Source: Octopus bimaculoides (taxonomy: Eukaryota). From it: 64,000 bases of DNA. Numbering within the stretch: position 1 is the first letter of the stretch; each line of letters opens with the position of its first letter. The notes under the pieces were generated by a model. The model did no database searches. It had not been told where the DNA came from and saw only the letters and a program-made list of their open reading frames with translations. This document shows, in pieces, positions 49,341 to 59,899 of this stretch. A program made the position numbers and the translations under genes. The stretch lies in contig NC_068996.1 of NCBI RefSeq assembly GCF_001194135.2, forward strand, positions 26,415,722 to 26,479,721. The letters run 5' to 3'.

Positions 49341-50110
49341 TTACATTTGATGGATATTTGTCCTCATCTTGTTTGTTGTTAACACAGTGTTTCGGCTGAT
49401 ATACCCTCCAGCCTTCACATCAGGTGTCTTGGGTAAATTTCGAACTTGGGTTCGACAGTATTCAAGAGTAATACAACACTTTGCAAAATATCTCCTTCGA
49501 GTAAAACCACCAGTAGAAGAGAATATGACCAAAGATTGCATGTACTCGATCCCATGCAGCTGTGGTAGGTTATACAAAGGCGAAACATGTCACCCCTTCA
49601 AAATAAGGGTAGAGGAACATAGCAAAGCAGTGACATGAGGAGATATTGATAAATCGGGTATAACTGATGATGTATGGAAAAATGGAGATCACCTCCCCCT
49701 GTGGGATGAAGTTAAAATAATAGACAGGGAACAACACTGGAAAATACGAAAACTAAAAGAAGCAGCACATATGCTAGGACACAACAACCTCCTAAGAAGA
49801 CCGAGTGCAGATATGAGCAGCATATGGGAACCGGTATTAAGGATAGGAAAATATTAGATTTATAAGCCCTAAAATTCACTCCATAATTGCCCATAGGCAT
49901 ATGGCATAATGGTTAAGAGCACGGGCTACTGACTCCAAGATTCCAAGTTTGATTCCAAGCAGTGACCTGAATAATAATAACATTGAAAAATACCTTAGGA
50001 ATGAGAACCCAGGTTTGAAATTTCCCAAAGACACCTGATGAAGGCTGGAGGGTATATCAGCCGAAATGTAAAAAAAATGTAAATAATGTACATAATTCCT
50101 CATCTCTAAC
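49341..50110 (+). mobile_element. 5'-truncated Penelope-like element: inverted pLTR fragment, GIY-YIG endonuclease, terminal repeat
   Basis: KDCMYSIPCSCGRLYKGETCHPFKIRVEEHSKAVT*GDIDKSG...WDEVKIIDREQHWKIRKLKEAAHM (stop at 49855-49857); flanked by inverted copies of the same HHR repeat. Confidence 0.88.
49893..50110 (+). mobile_element. tRNA-head plus hammerhead repeat unit
   Basis: tggcataatgg (A box), gtttgattcc (B box), then gacac-CTGATGA-A-GGCTG...CAGCC-GAAATGTA; 3' part deleted. Confidence 0.8.
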
Positions 50111-50233
50111 ACTAACAGAAATCTCCTGAAATACAAGCATGGCCCAAAAATCTCTGTTCTGAAGATACATCATAAAGGTACCCTTTATGGTGAGAAACCC
50201 AGGGTAACCCTATGAAATGGCCTTCACCAGTAA

Positions 50234-50273
<40 letters not shown>

Positions 50274-50283
50274 NNNNNNNNNN

Positions 50284-50315
<32 letters not shown>

Positions 50316-51584
50316 GTAGCTTCCTAATCACATGGTTTTGGGTTCAGTCCCACTCTGTGGCACTTGGTTGAGTGTTTTCTACTATAATCTAGGACAAACC
50401 AAAGCCTTGTGACTGGAATTGGTAGACAGGAACCAAAAGAAGTTCATTGTGTGTATATATATATATGAGTGAGTAGACAAACAAAAGAAAGGCGGTCCCA
50501 TATTTATTGGAAGTTATATGTAGGGATTGAAATAGTTTGATTCAAACTCAGAGTACCAAGGAGTATGAATCAAACTATTTTAGTTGTAAACAAGTGTCAC
50601 ATCATACAAGTGGTGTCATTTATTTCAAATCTTCTGTGAAAACATGTCTGGCCATGGGAAATATTGCCTTGCTTGGATACAGGGGAGGGTTGACAACAGG
50701 AAGGGCATCAAGACATAGAAAATCTGTTTCGACAAATTCCACCCTACCCATGCAAACATGGAAAAGTGGATGTTAAATATGATGATAATAATATAAGTGT
50801 ATATTTACACACACCACACTTATACACACATATTTATAAATACAAACATACCTACACATACTGGACACATACCTACACACTTGATATGATTGCTAGAAAA
50901 TATCACAAAGCACGCATTCTTCTCCATACAGATATGTGAATTTTTTACAAATGTCAATCAGACAATGTAGAGATTTAATTTCTAAAATGCAGATTAAAGA
51001 AATAAAAAGGGTTGCTGAAACCAATGAGTGAAATATAATGAGTCAGCTAGTTACAGTTGTAAGAGAAAATATTTTTGTAGAGGAAAATTATCTCAATAAT
51101 TTACATAAATGCAGTCAGTTACCTAAATTTTCAGAAGGATAAATGCAACAAGAAGGGCAAATACAACAGAAGAATAAATTAAAAAAGAAAATTGAAAATA
51201 ATGAAAAGTTAAGATAAAGAAAGAAAAAGAATGTAAAATAGGAAGTGGCGGGGTTGAAAGAAGCATAAATAAAGGCCAGAGTTGACATTGTTTGAAGTTA
51301 GAGATAGGAAAATTAGATGAAATTCAAATGGTCTTTACTGGTTCATTTCAAGATTAGGGATGTGAGGTATGAGATGTAAAAATAATGGAAATAATATTGC
51401 TGTAAATGCAGCTATCCTTTAGTTTACATGGTGCTTGGTTTGGGCTGATTTTGTTTCTTAGTCAATCAATGAGTCCATGGAACACTGAGTATCATTAAGA
51501 ATATTCATTGAAATTTCAAATAAATTAATTGTATATGTTTATCAAGAACAATTCACAAACATGTTTGGTAAATGATTTGAAATA

Positions 51585-52100
51585 ATGGATGAGGATAGCT
51601 GTATAAAAAAAGTGCCTAGTTCTGATAGTGGAGGGTACCTGTGGAGGGTACCTGTGGAAGTGGAAGGGATAGACCCAGGAAGACATGGGATAAAGTGATG
51701 AGAAAGGATCTTCAGATGCTAGCCCTCACTGAGTAAATCACTAGGGCCCAGGAGATTTGGCAATTTACTGTACTTGACAAGACACATCAAGCTAAGTAAA
51801 ATCGTTGTCTTCCACACATACAGTTTTGTCCTTCCAGGTGCTGGTGCCACTTAAAAAGCACTGATGCCAGTGCTGCATTTACGCACCTGTGCTGGTGCTG
51901 CATAAGGGCACTCTTGCCGGTGTCATGTAAAAAGCACCCAGCGCACTTTGTTAAGTGGTTGGCATTAGAAAGGGTATCCAGACATAGAAACCATGCCACA
52001 GCAGACAGTTGGAAGCTGGACAGTTCTCTGCTAGTCAGCTCCATGTCAAACTGTCCAACTCATGCCAGCATGGAGAGTGGACGTTAAACAACAACGATGA
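51585..52100 (+). mobile_element. RTE LINE 3' end (ORF2 tail and UTR)
   Basis: MDEDSCIKK...RPRKTWDKVMRKDLQML...DKTHQAK*, then the UTR with four GGTGC hairpin motifs. Confidence 0.85.
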
Positions 52101-52103
52101 TAC

Positions 52104-52336
52104 ATTATTTACATTTGATGGATATTTGTCCTCATCTTGTTTGTTACTAACACAATGGTTCGGCTGATATACCCTCCAGCCTTCATCAGGTGTCTTGGGG
52201 AAATTTCGAACCTGGGTTCTCATTCCTAAGGTATTTTTCGATGTTATTATAACTATCATTATTCAGGTCACTGCCTGGAATCGAACTCAGAATCTTGGGG
52301 TTAATAGCCTGTGCTCTTAACCACTATGCCATATGC
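52104..52336 (-). mobile_element. tRNA-head plus hammerhead repeat unit, complete standalone copy
   Basis: ggcatatggcatagtggttaagagc...gagttcgattccaggcagtgacc (A and B boxes), then gacac-CTGATGA-A-GGCTG..CAGCC-GAACCATT-GTGTT. Confidence 0.85.
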
Positions 52337-52520
52337 CTACGTATGTGTGTGTGTGTATATATATATATATATNNNNNNNNNNNNNNNNNNNNNNNNNNNN
52401 NNNNNNNNNNNNNNNNNNNNNNNNNNNNNNNNNNNNNNNNNNNNNNNNNNNNNNNNNNNNNNNNNNNNNNNNNNNNNNNNNNNNNNNNNNNNNNNNNNNN
52501 NNNNNNNNNNNNNNNNNNNN

Positions 52521-52556
52521 CCCCAAGATTTCGAGTTTGATTCCAGGCAGTGACCT

Positions 52557-52588
<32 letters not shown>

Positions 52589-52770
52589 ATAATGATAATA
52601 ATAACATCGAAAAATACCTTAGGAATGAGAACCTAGGTTCGAAATTTCCCCAAGACACCTAATGTGAAGGCTGGAGGGTATATCAGCTGAAACATTGTGT
52701 TAGCAACAAACAAGATGAGGACAAATATCTGTCAAATGTAAATAATGTACATAATTCCTCATCTCTTAAA
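52521..52770 (+). mobile_element. tRNA-head plus hammerhead repeat unit (5' end in the gap)
   Basis: B-box region, (CAA/TAA)n spacer, degenerate HHR gacac-CTAATGTGA-AGGCTG..CAGCT-GAAACATT-GTGTT. Confidence 0.85.
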
Positions 52771-53637
52771 TATAGAACTGAACAATGATGATTTTTCTCT
52801 TTTGATTGATTTCATTACCTCTCAGTATTCCCCCTCAGATCATGGGATTCCAATAATACAACAGCCATGCAGTACACAATACACACATACACACACCTCT
52901 AACTTCGATTTGTTATCCCCAGTCCTGTAAAAAAATCTCTTTACCTTTTTATTTTCATTAATCTAAACATCCATTTTCTTTGTCCAATATTCCTGGGAGG
53001 GTTGCAGATGGATCCCCAAGTATGAACAATGGAGATTACTGATTTTATCGAACTGCCTTGCTTTTGGTCTACTCCTAGATCTCCTGCCTGTTGGCTTTTT
53101 AAAGTTTGGACCTTATCCTATTAGTTTTTTTTTTTTTTTGCTGAACCACTAAGTTACAGTGACATAAACAAACCAGCATCAGTTGTCAAGTAATGATGGA
53201 GGATAGACACAAGCACAAAGACGCACACACATAAATACACACACACACACACACACACATATATACAACTAACATGTAATGTCAAGACAAGTAGACAGTA
53301 ACACTACCAACCAAATATGTGTGCATGTGTATGTATGTATATATGTATGTTTCTTTGTTTGTCCCTTACCACTGCCGGATAACTGGTGTTGGTTTGTTTG
53401 CATCTCCATACCTTAGTGGTTTGACAAAAGAGATAGAATAAGTATCAATCTTCAAAAAAGTAAGTACAGTGGTTGATTCACTTGATTAAATCCCTCCAAG
53501 GTGGCACCCTAGTATGGCTGCAATCCAATGACTGAGACAAGCAAAAAATAAAAATTCTGTGTGTGTGTGTGTGTATACATATGTATGGGTATATATGTGT
53601 GTGTGTGTGTATGTGTGTGTGTGTGTGTGCATATATA

Positions 53638-54923
53638 CTGGGTCATCCCATAGATAATGCAGTTTTTTATACTTCTTTTATTTTTCAAAATTAAGATAAA
53701 CAAAGTTCTTTTTTAATCCAAAATATACTCTCCTTCATTTTCTACAATGCTCTTCCATCTATCTGGTAGACTTGCAAGGCCCCTCTTCCAAAATTCACTT
53801 GTCCATGATAAGAAATACTCTGCCAGTACTGATCTGACCTTGTCTACAGAATTCATATTTTTTCTGTCCAGATGATTTTGAAGACTGCAGAATAAATGAT
53901 AATCAGATGGGGCAATGTCCGGTGAATATGGTGGGTGGGGCATCATTTCCTATTCAAACTGCTCCAGACTTTGGATTGTCAACCTTGCTGTATGTGGATC
54001 AAACATTATCCTGATGGAAGAACACCTTTCCTCTTGAAATCAAAGATGGTTGTTTCTCTTCTAGTGCTGATTTGAGCCACTCAAGCTGCTTGCAGTAGGT
54101 CTCCTTTGTTACTGTTTGGTTTGGGTTTAAAAGTTCAAAATGAACTAAACATTTCATATCCTACCAAACAGATAACAACACCTTACATGGGTAAAGATCT
54201 TCTTTAGCCTGGGGCGCTGGTGTTTCTCCTTTCCCTACCCACTGTCTTTGGCACTTGACATTTTAATAGAGAACCCATTTCTTGTCACCAGTCATTATTC
54301 AGTCCCCAAAAAGGTTCATTCATGAGATGTGACAGCAAAGAAGAGTACACATTCACTCTCAGTGCACGATTAGACTCAGAAAGTTTGTGAGGAACCCATT
54401 GACCCAATTTGCTGATTTTTCTGATGGCATGCAGGTGTCGATGAATGGTTGATGACGAAATCCAAGTTTCTCTGCTAGTTCCTTAACAGTTATGATGGGA
54501 TTTTGTTCCAACAGGGTTTGCAGGATGTCCTCATCGATTTCTACAGATCTAGGATGAGACTTATCTTCTAGGCTGTAGTTTCCAATTCAGAATTTCTGGA
54601 ACCATTGTTGACACTGGCTTACACTTATTGTCCAATCCCTGTATATTGCATTAATATTCCTCACACTTTCTGTTGCATTGTTGCCATTATTGAACTTATA
54701 AAGCAAAATATGCTGAATATGCTCCTTTGTCACTTTGCATTATAACTTTGGAAGAATAACTGTTAAAATCGAACTGCACTCTTCAAAACTTGCACTAAGA
54801 ATAAGGACAACATAAAATTACTACCTGTTTTTATAGCAAGTTGATGCAGGTAGTTTATCCCATCCCACTCCAACTTTTAGTTCATGCGATTGAAAAAACT
54901 GCATTATTTATGGGATGATCCAA
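53638..54923 (-). mobile_element. Full-length but dead mariner (DD34D) transposon, about 1.29 kb
   Basis: TIRs ctgggtcatcccatagataatgcagtttttt / aaaaaactgcattatttatgggatgatccaa; TA at the left end; WVPHKL, TGDKKW and HPPYSPDIAPSDYHLF motifs; stops and frameshifts. Confidence 0.92.
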
Positions 54924-54959
54924 ATGTATGTGTGTGTCTACACACACACACACACACGC

Positions 54960-55002
<43 letters not shown>

Positions 55003-55003
55003 A

Positions 55004-55824
55004 ATAATACAAAGAATATGTATGCATGTATACCCACATATATGTACATACTTAAATCTACATGTGTATATAGATGCATATCAGGGTACAGGACGTTAGA
55101 AAAATGAACTACAGACAACGGAACGAACACATAAGAAAACAGATAGCCACTTGGAATTAATCCTTCAACAGCTGCCTCCATTCTAACTAGATATTTCGAA
55201 GATAAGGCAGAACGTACCCTAGAATAGTCTCTTCTTGAGTAGTGGATCGACCCACTAAACAGAGGATTCCAAGGTGGCAAACACAAACCAAGACAGGAAA
55301 AAATGGACAGTGAAAACAACATTAAAAAGCCGTACGGCCAAACGCGAATCTGGTATTGAACGCTAGTGATAGGACGAAGCTGGATGGAGAAAAGACAGTT
55401 CATCTCGCCTTCATAGTGGCTGGAGTGAAAAGAGAGAGTTGACCACAGGTCACACGTGAGCAGAGAGGATGGTAGAGGGAGGAAGTGGAACAAGGAGGAA
55501 GAGAGAGATGTGTATAGCAGTGAAGTAGAAGCCAGGACAACAGAAGGAAGCAGAGCGAGAGGGGGAGATGGGTAAGAAGAAAGATAGATAGGTAGATAGA
55601 TAGAGGGATAGATAGGTAGATAGATAGAGAAAAATAGATAGATAGATAGATAGACAGAAAGATAGAGTCGCGTCAGAAATATAAAGTCAAAACTTACTTG
55701 CAAATGGACGCGTAGCGTTCAATGATATAATAATACAAAGAATATGTATGCATGTATACCCACATATATGTACATACTTACATCTACATGTGTATATAGA
55801 TGCATATCAGGGTACAGGACGTTA
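55004..55824 (-). repeat. ~820-bp unit with 95-bp near-identical direct terminal repeats
   Basis: 55004-55098 and 55730-55824 differ at 1 position by eye; a related sequence lies at 19660-19790. Confidence 0.8.
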
Positions 55825-56924
55825 TATATATATATATATATNNNNNNNNNNNNNNNNNNNNNNNNNNNNNNNNNNNNNNNNNNNNNNNNNNNNNNNNNNN
55901 NNNNNNNNNNNNNNNNNNNNNNNNNNNNNNNNNNNNNNNNNNNNNNNNNNNNNNNNNNNNNNNNNNNNNNNNNNNNNNNNNNNNNNNNNNNNNNNNNNNN
56001 NNNNNNNNNNNNNNNNNNNNNNNNNNNNNNNNNNNNNNNNNNNNNNNNNNNNNNNNNNNNNNNNNNNNNNNNNNNNNNNNNNNNNNNNNNNNNNNNNNNN
56101 NNNNNNNNNNNNNNNNNNNNNNNNNNNNNNNNNNNNNNNNNNNNNNNNNNNNNNNNNNNNNNNNNNNNNNNNNNNNNNNNNNNNNNNNNNNNNNNNNNNN
56201 NNNNNNNNNNNNNNNNNNNNNNNNNNNNNNNNNNNNNNNNNNNNNNNNNNNNNNNNNNNNNNNNNNNNNNNNNNNNNNNNNNNNNNNNNNNNNNNNNNNN
56301 NNNNNNNNNNNNNNNNNNNNNNNNNNNNNNNNNNNNNNNNNNNNNNNNNNNNNNNNNNNNNNNNNNNNNNNNNNNNNNNNNNNNNNNNNNNNNNNNNNNN
56401 NNNNNNNNNNNNNNNNNNNNNNNNNNNNNNNNNNNNNNNNNNNNNNNNNNNNNNNNNNNNNNNNNNNNNNNNNNNNNNNNNNNNNNNNNNNNNNNNNNNN
56501 NNNNNNNNNNNNNNNNNNNNNATATGTATATATATATATGTATGTATGTATGTATAAGTATACATATGCATATATATAAATGTATGTATATGTTCATCAT
56601 TATATTCACTCCTAACCTATTACCCATCTATAACTCTCTGACCATCACTCACTCTCACATACACTTACAACATCTACACACCTGCACTCACTAATAACCT
56701 ATCCCCATTCAGTTCTAGTCACCTCATACTCTGAGGGCCAACTCTGATACCTCACATCACTATTTAATTTCTTTCTAGCTCCATCCCTGTCATTTCCAAG
56801 GAACCTGTCCTGTTCTAACCAACCCTCTTCCCTCATACTTTAACACCTCATCTCCTAACATGAAGTTGCCTCCCTCTCTACTGTAGTAAAGAGGATCTTA
56901 GTCTTTCATAGCTTCATGACGACC

Positions 56925-57125
56925 TCAGTAGTGTTGGCACTATGAAAAAAGCAGTAAGTACATGCTGTAAAGTGGCTGGCATTAGGAAGGGCATCCAGTC
57001 ATAGAAACAATACCCTTGCAAACATTGGAACACGATGCAGTCCTTGAACCCATTAGATCCAATCAAACTGTCCAACCCATGCCAGCATGGAACATGAATG
57101 GTAAATGATGATGATGATGATGAAG
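56925..57125 (+). mobile_element. RTE 3' UTR-like copy with (GAT)n tail
   Basis: gtggctggcattaggaagggcatccag...tgtccaacccatgccagcatggaa...aaatgatgatg. Confidence 0.75.
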
Positions 57126-57850
57126 ACGTTGATGATGATGACAATGACAACAGATTTACATGCATGTGCATATATACAAATACACACATACATACATACA
57201 ACATACATAGGTACATCACTTGCTTATTTGATGCATACCATAAGCACAATAGTTGTTTTCATAATGAATACTAATGAAAATAAATATTTTCTTTCCCAGA
57301 GTTAGGGCTTGGCTTAACCATAAGATAGTATAAAAACAGAGAAACCTCAGAACTTTTTTTTTTGTTCCAGATTTACCATAATACAAATTCTAAGTTACAA
57401 CATTAAAAAAAAAAAAATAGAATAAAACATATTAAAAATTTGTTGTTCTATTTTTTGACCTGGAGAAACTCCCAAGTCAGCGATCAGTCAGCCTCTGCAG
57501 CTTCAGCTGCTACTTTTCTGCATTGAGAGGTCACAGTTCTGATCTTACAGACATGTGATTAAAATGTTGCTGAAAAGAATTGCAGCAAGATGGGGATCTT
57601 TGAGCCAAGTCAACTAACAGGAAACTTAGGAGTAGACAAAAAAAAAACAAGATGATGGGATAATATCCATAGTCACTGTTGGTCAAACTTGGGAATCCAA
57701 CCAGAAAGTGTAATCATATCTGCTTCAGATAGGACCCTGCATGAGGACCTCCATAACTCTTACAAGAATAGTGGGCAGTGAAGACAAATGGATGGACAGT
57801 TTTATCACCAACTTTTATATAAGGTTAAATAAAATAGAATAAAATAAAGA

Positions 57851-58021
57851 GTTAGATTCACTTCAACATTTAAATTTAATTTGTCAAAATATTTTCGTCG
57901 CTTTGAGACCACAACCTGTTCAGACAAAATTCTGTGAGAATTTTGTCAGTGAACAGGTTGCGGTCTCAAAGCGACGAAAATATTTTGACAAATTAAATTT
58001 AAATGTTGAAGTGAATCTAAC
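57851..58021. repeat. Near-perfect 171-bp palindrome
   Basis: Arms of about 84 bp, loop gtg, one substitution and one 2-nt indel. Confidence 0.95.
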
Positions 58022-58149
58022 GGTTTTTGTGTGTTATTTTAAATGGCTTATAAACACCTTCCATGCTGCAATTGTTTTCATTCCAGCACACGATCTCAGA
58101 TCAGGTCCCTTGCTATGCAAGTACATCTCTGCAATAAAATAAAACAATA

Positions 58150-58332
58150 TTGTTATATTTCAGGATGGTCATTTTTTTTTTTTTTTTTGCCAAATAAATA
58201 CATGCACTATATATTCATTCTTCACTTATTTATTACTGTTCTTATAAAACAGTAATAAACGAGTGAAGAATGAATATGCAGTGCCTGTATTTATTTGGTA
58301 AAAAAAAAGATGACCATCCTGAAATATAACAA
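58150..58332. repeat. Second long palindrome, 183 bp
   Basis: ttgttatatttcaggatggtc...ttactgtt-cttataa-aacagtaa...gaccatcctgaaatataacaa. Confidence 0.9.
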
Positions 58333-58771
58333 AATCTGTTGCAATACAGGTGCATAAACAAAAATAAAACAAGTTGTATCTAAATCAATTGTGGGTTATG
58401 GTGTGTAGTATAGACTAGAAGAAAACTTGAATGTTTAGTCAATTATTCACTTCAGCACTTTTAATATTTTCATGTCTTATCAATTGTTAGAAAATGAAAG
58501 GTTCAGAAGGTACACCACTAAGAGGCTGGCATGGATTGGTCAAGTTTATTCTCCTAGATCACTTGGGGCGGGGATGGGTAACAGCCTTTAGGTAAACTTC
58601 ATTTTTGGCTTGGTTTCCATGGTTGAATGTCTTTCCTTAACACCAACCACTTCAAAGAATGCACTGGGTGCAATATTTTATTTTTTTGTTGTGCGTGACA
58701 TTAACACTAGAGAAATAGACATGATAAGATAAGAAAATCTTCACAAGTCTACACATAACAAACACACACAC

Positions 58772-58826
<55 letters not shown>

Positions 58827-58869
58827 TAAATATAGTTGGTTTCTAAGTAAGAAGGAATGTAAAAAGTAA

Positions 58870-59135
58870 AGACCCCCTTTGGTCATGAATGTCCATGGGA
58901 TTGCACCTAGAAAGTTGCCCTCTGCGGCACAAGTCCTGGCAAGGTTGTTTATGAAAGACTAGCAGTCGTCCCAGGCTGATACAGCTTGGCACCAGTGACG
59001 TCGCAACCCATTTCTACAGCTGAGTGAACTGGAGCAATGTGAAATAAAGTGTCTTGCTCAAGAACACAACACACAACCCAGTCTGGGAACTGAACTCACT
59101 ACCCCATAATGCTCTAATGACTGAGCCATGTGCCT
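58870..59135 (-). mobile_element. SINE family D
   Basis: Reverse complement: ggcacatggctcagtc...gagttcagttccc...cttgagcaagacactttatttcacattgctccagttcactcagctgtagaaatggg. Confidence 0.8.
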
Positions 59136-59899
59136 AAGGAATGAGAATAGGGATTAATATGTGGTGGTGGTGGTGGTGGGGCACAATATAGGTGATCAAA
59201 GAAAGATTGGTCTGACAGACCTATGCATAAGTAGTAAAATAGCTGATCAGTTACTAGGAGCATAGGCCCTTGTAGTAGTGGGAGTAATAGGAAAAGGTAG
59301 TGAGAGAGAAGAAAACATATCTACAGGCCAGAAATTGTAGTGTGTCAGTGGGACTTTGCCAATATGTCAGATAACCTGCTTTTGGTTGTGGTTTTCTATG
59401 TTTACATGTCTAGTAATGGTACTGTCCCAGATGTGGGAGCTGTATTCCATTATGAATCTCAATCACACTTGTTTACAGAAAGTTAACTATAGAGAGTTGT
59501 TGTAATTACTGACTCTGAAGAGGAAGAAAAATATTTGGGACAGAGTGTTAGCTATGATGTGAATATGGGATCATGAAGGTATGTGAGTGTGTGGGAAGGG
59601 TTAGCAGTCAGACTGTTGGAGTTCTGATCATAAGGTTGTTGGTTCAATTCTAAGCTCAGAAAACATGTTGGCAAAGTATGTATTAATTTCATGTTGCCCA
59701 AATTCACACAGTTGGAAAAGTTTAGTTGTGTCATTTTGCTGCAGAGTGGTTTGCTGCATACCATTCTGCAGCAAAGAACCCCAAAATCTTGCAAATGTGA
59801 GATGTCAGTGGTCTTTGCTGATTATTGCACATAGAATGAAAGTGATGAGGATAATGACAATGGTGGTGGTGGTGGTTATGATAAATTTTTTTTTCCTAC

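Larger units (their letters stand above)
49018..50238. mobile_element. MITE-like element with ~80-bp terminal inverted repeats, hosting a PLE insertion
   Basis: 49018-49097 is the reverse complement of 50159-50238 with about 9 mismatches; TTAA at both ends. Confidence 0.75.

Noticed and set aside
49636-49638. In-frame TGA in the GIY-YIG ORF as possible selenocysteine, since selenoprotein PLEs have been reported
   Set aside because: The context AVT*GDI fits an Arg CGA-to-TGA CpG transition, the position is not a Cys site, and no SECIS was recognised.
636-56694. Long ORFs of 200-445 aa in the ORF track
   Set aside because: They run through N-gaps or simple repeats (poly-X, CV, HT, YI, MY); they are not genes.
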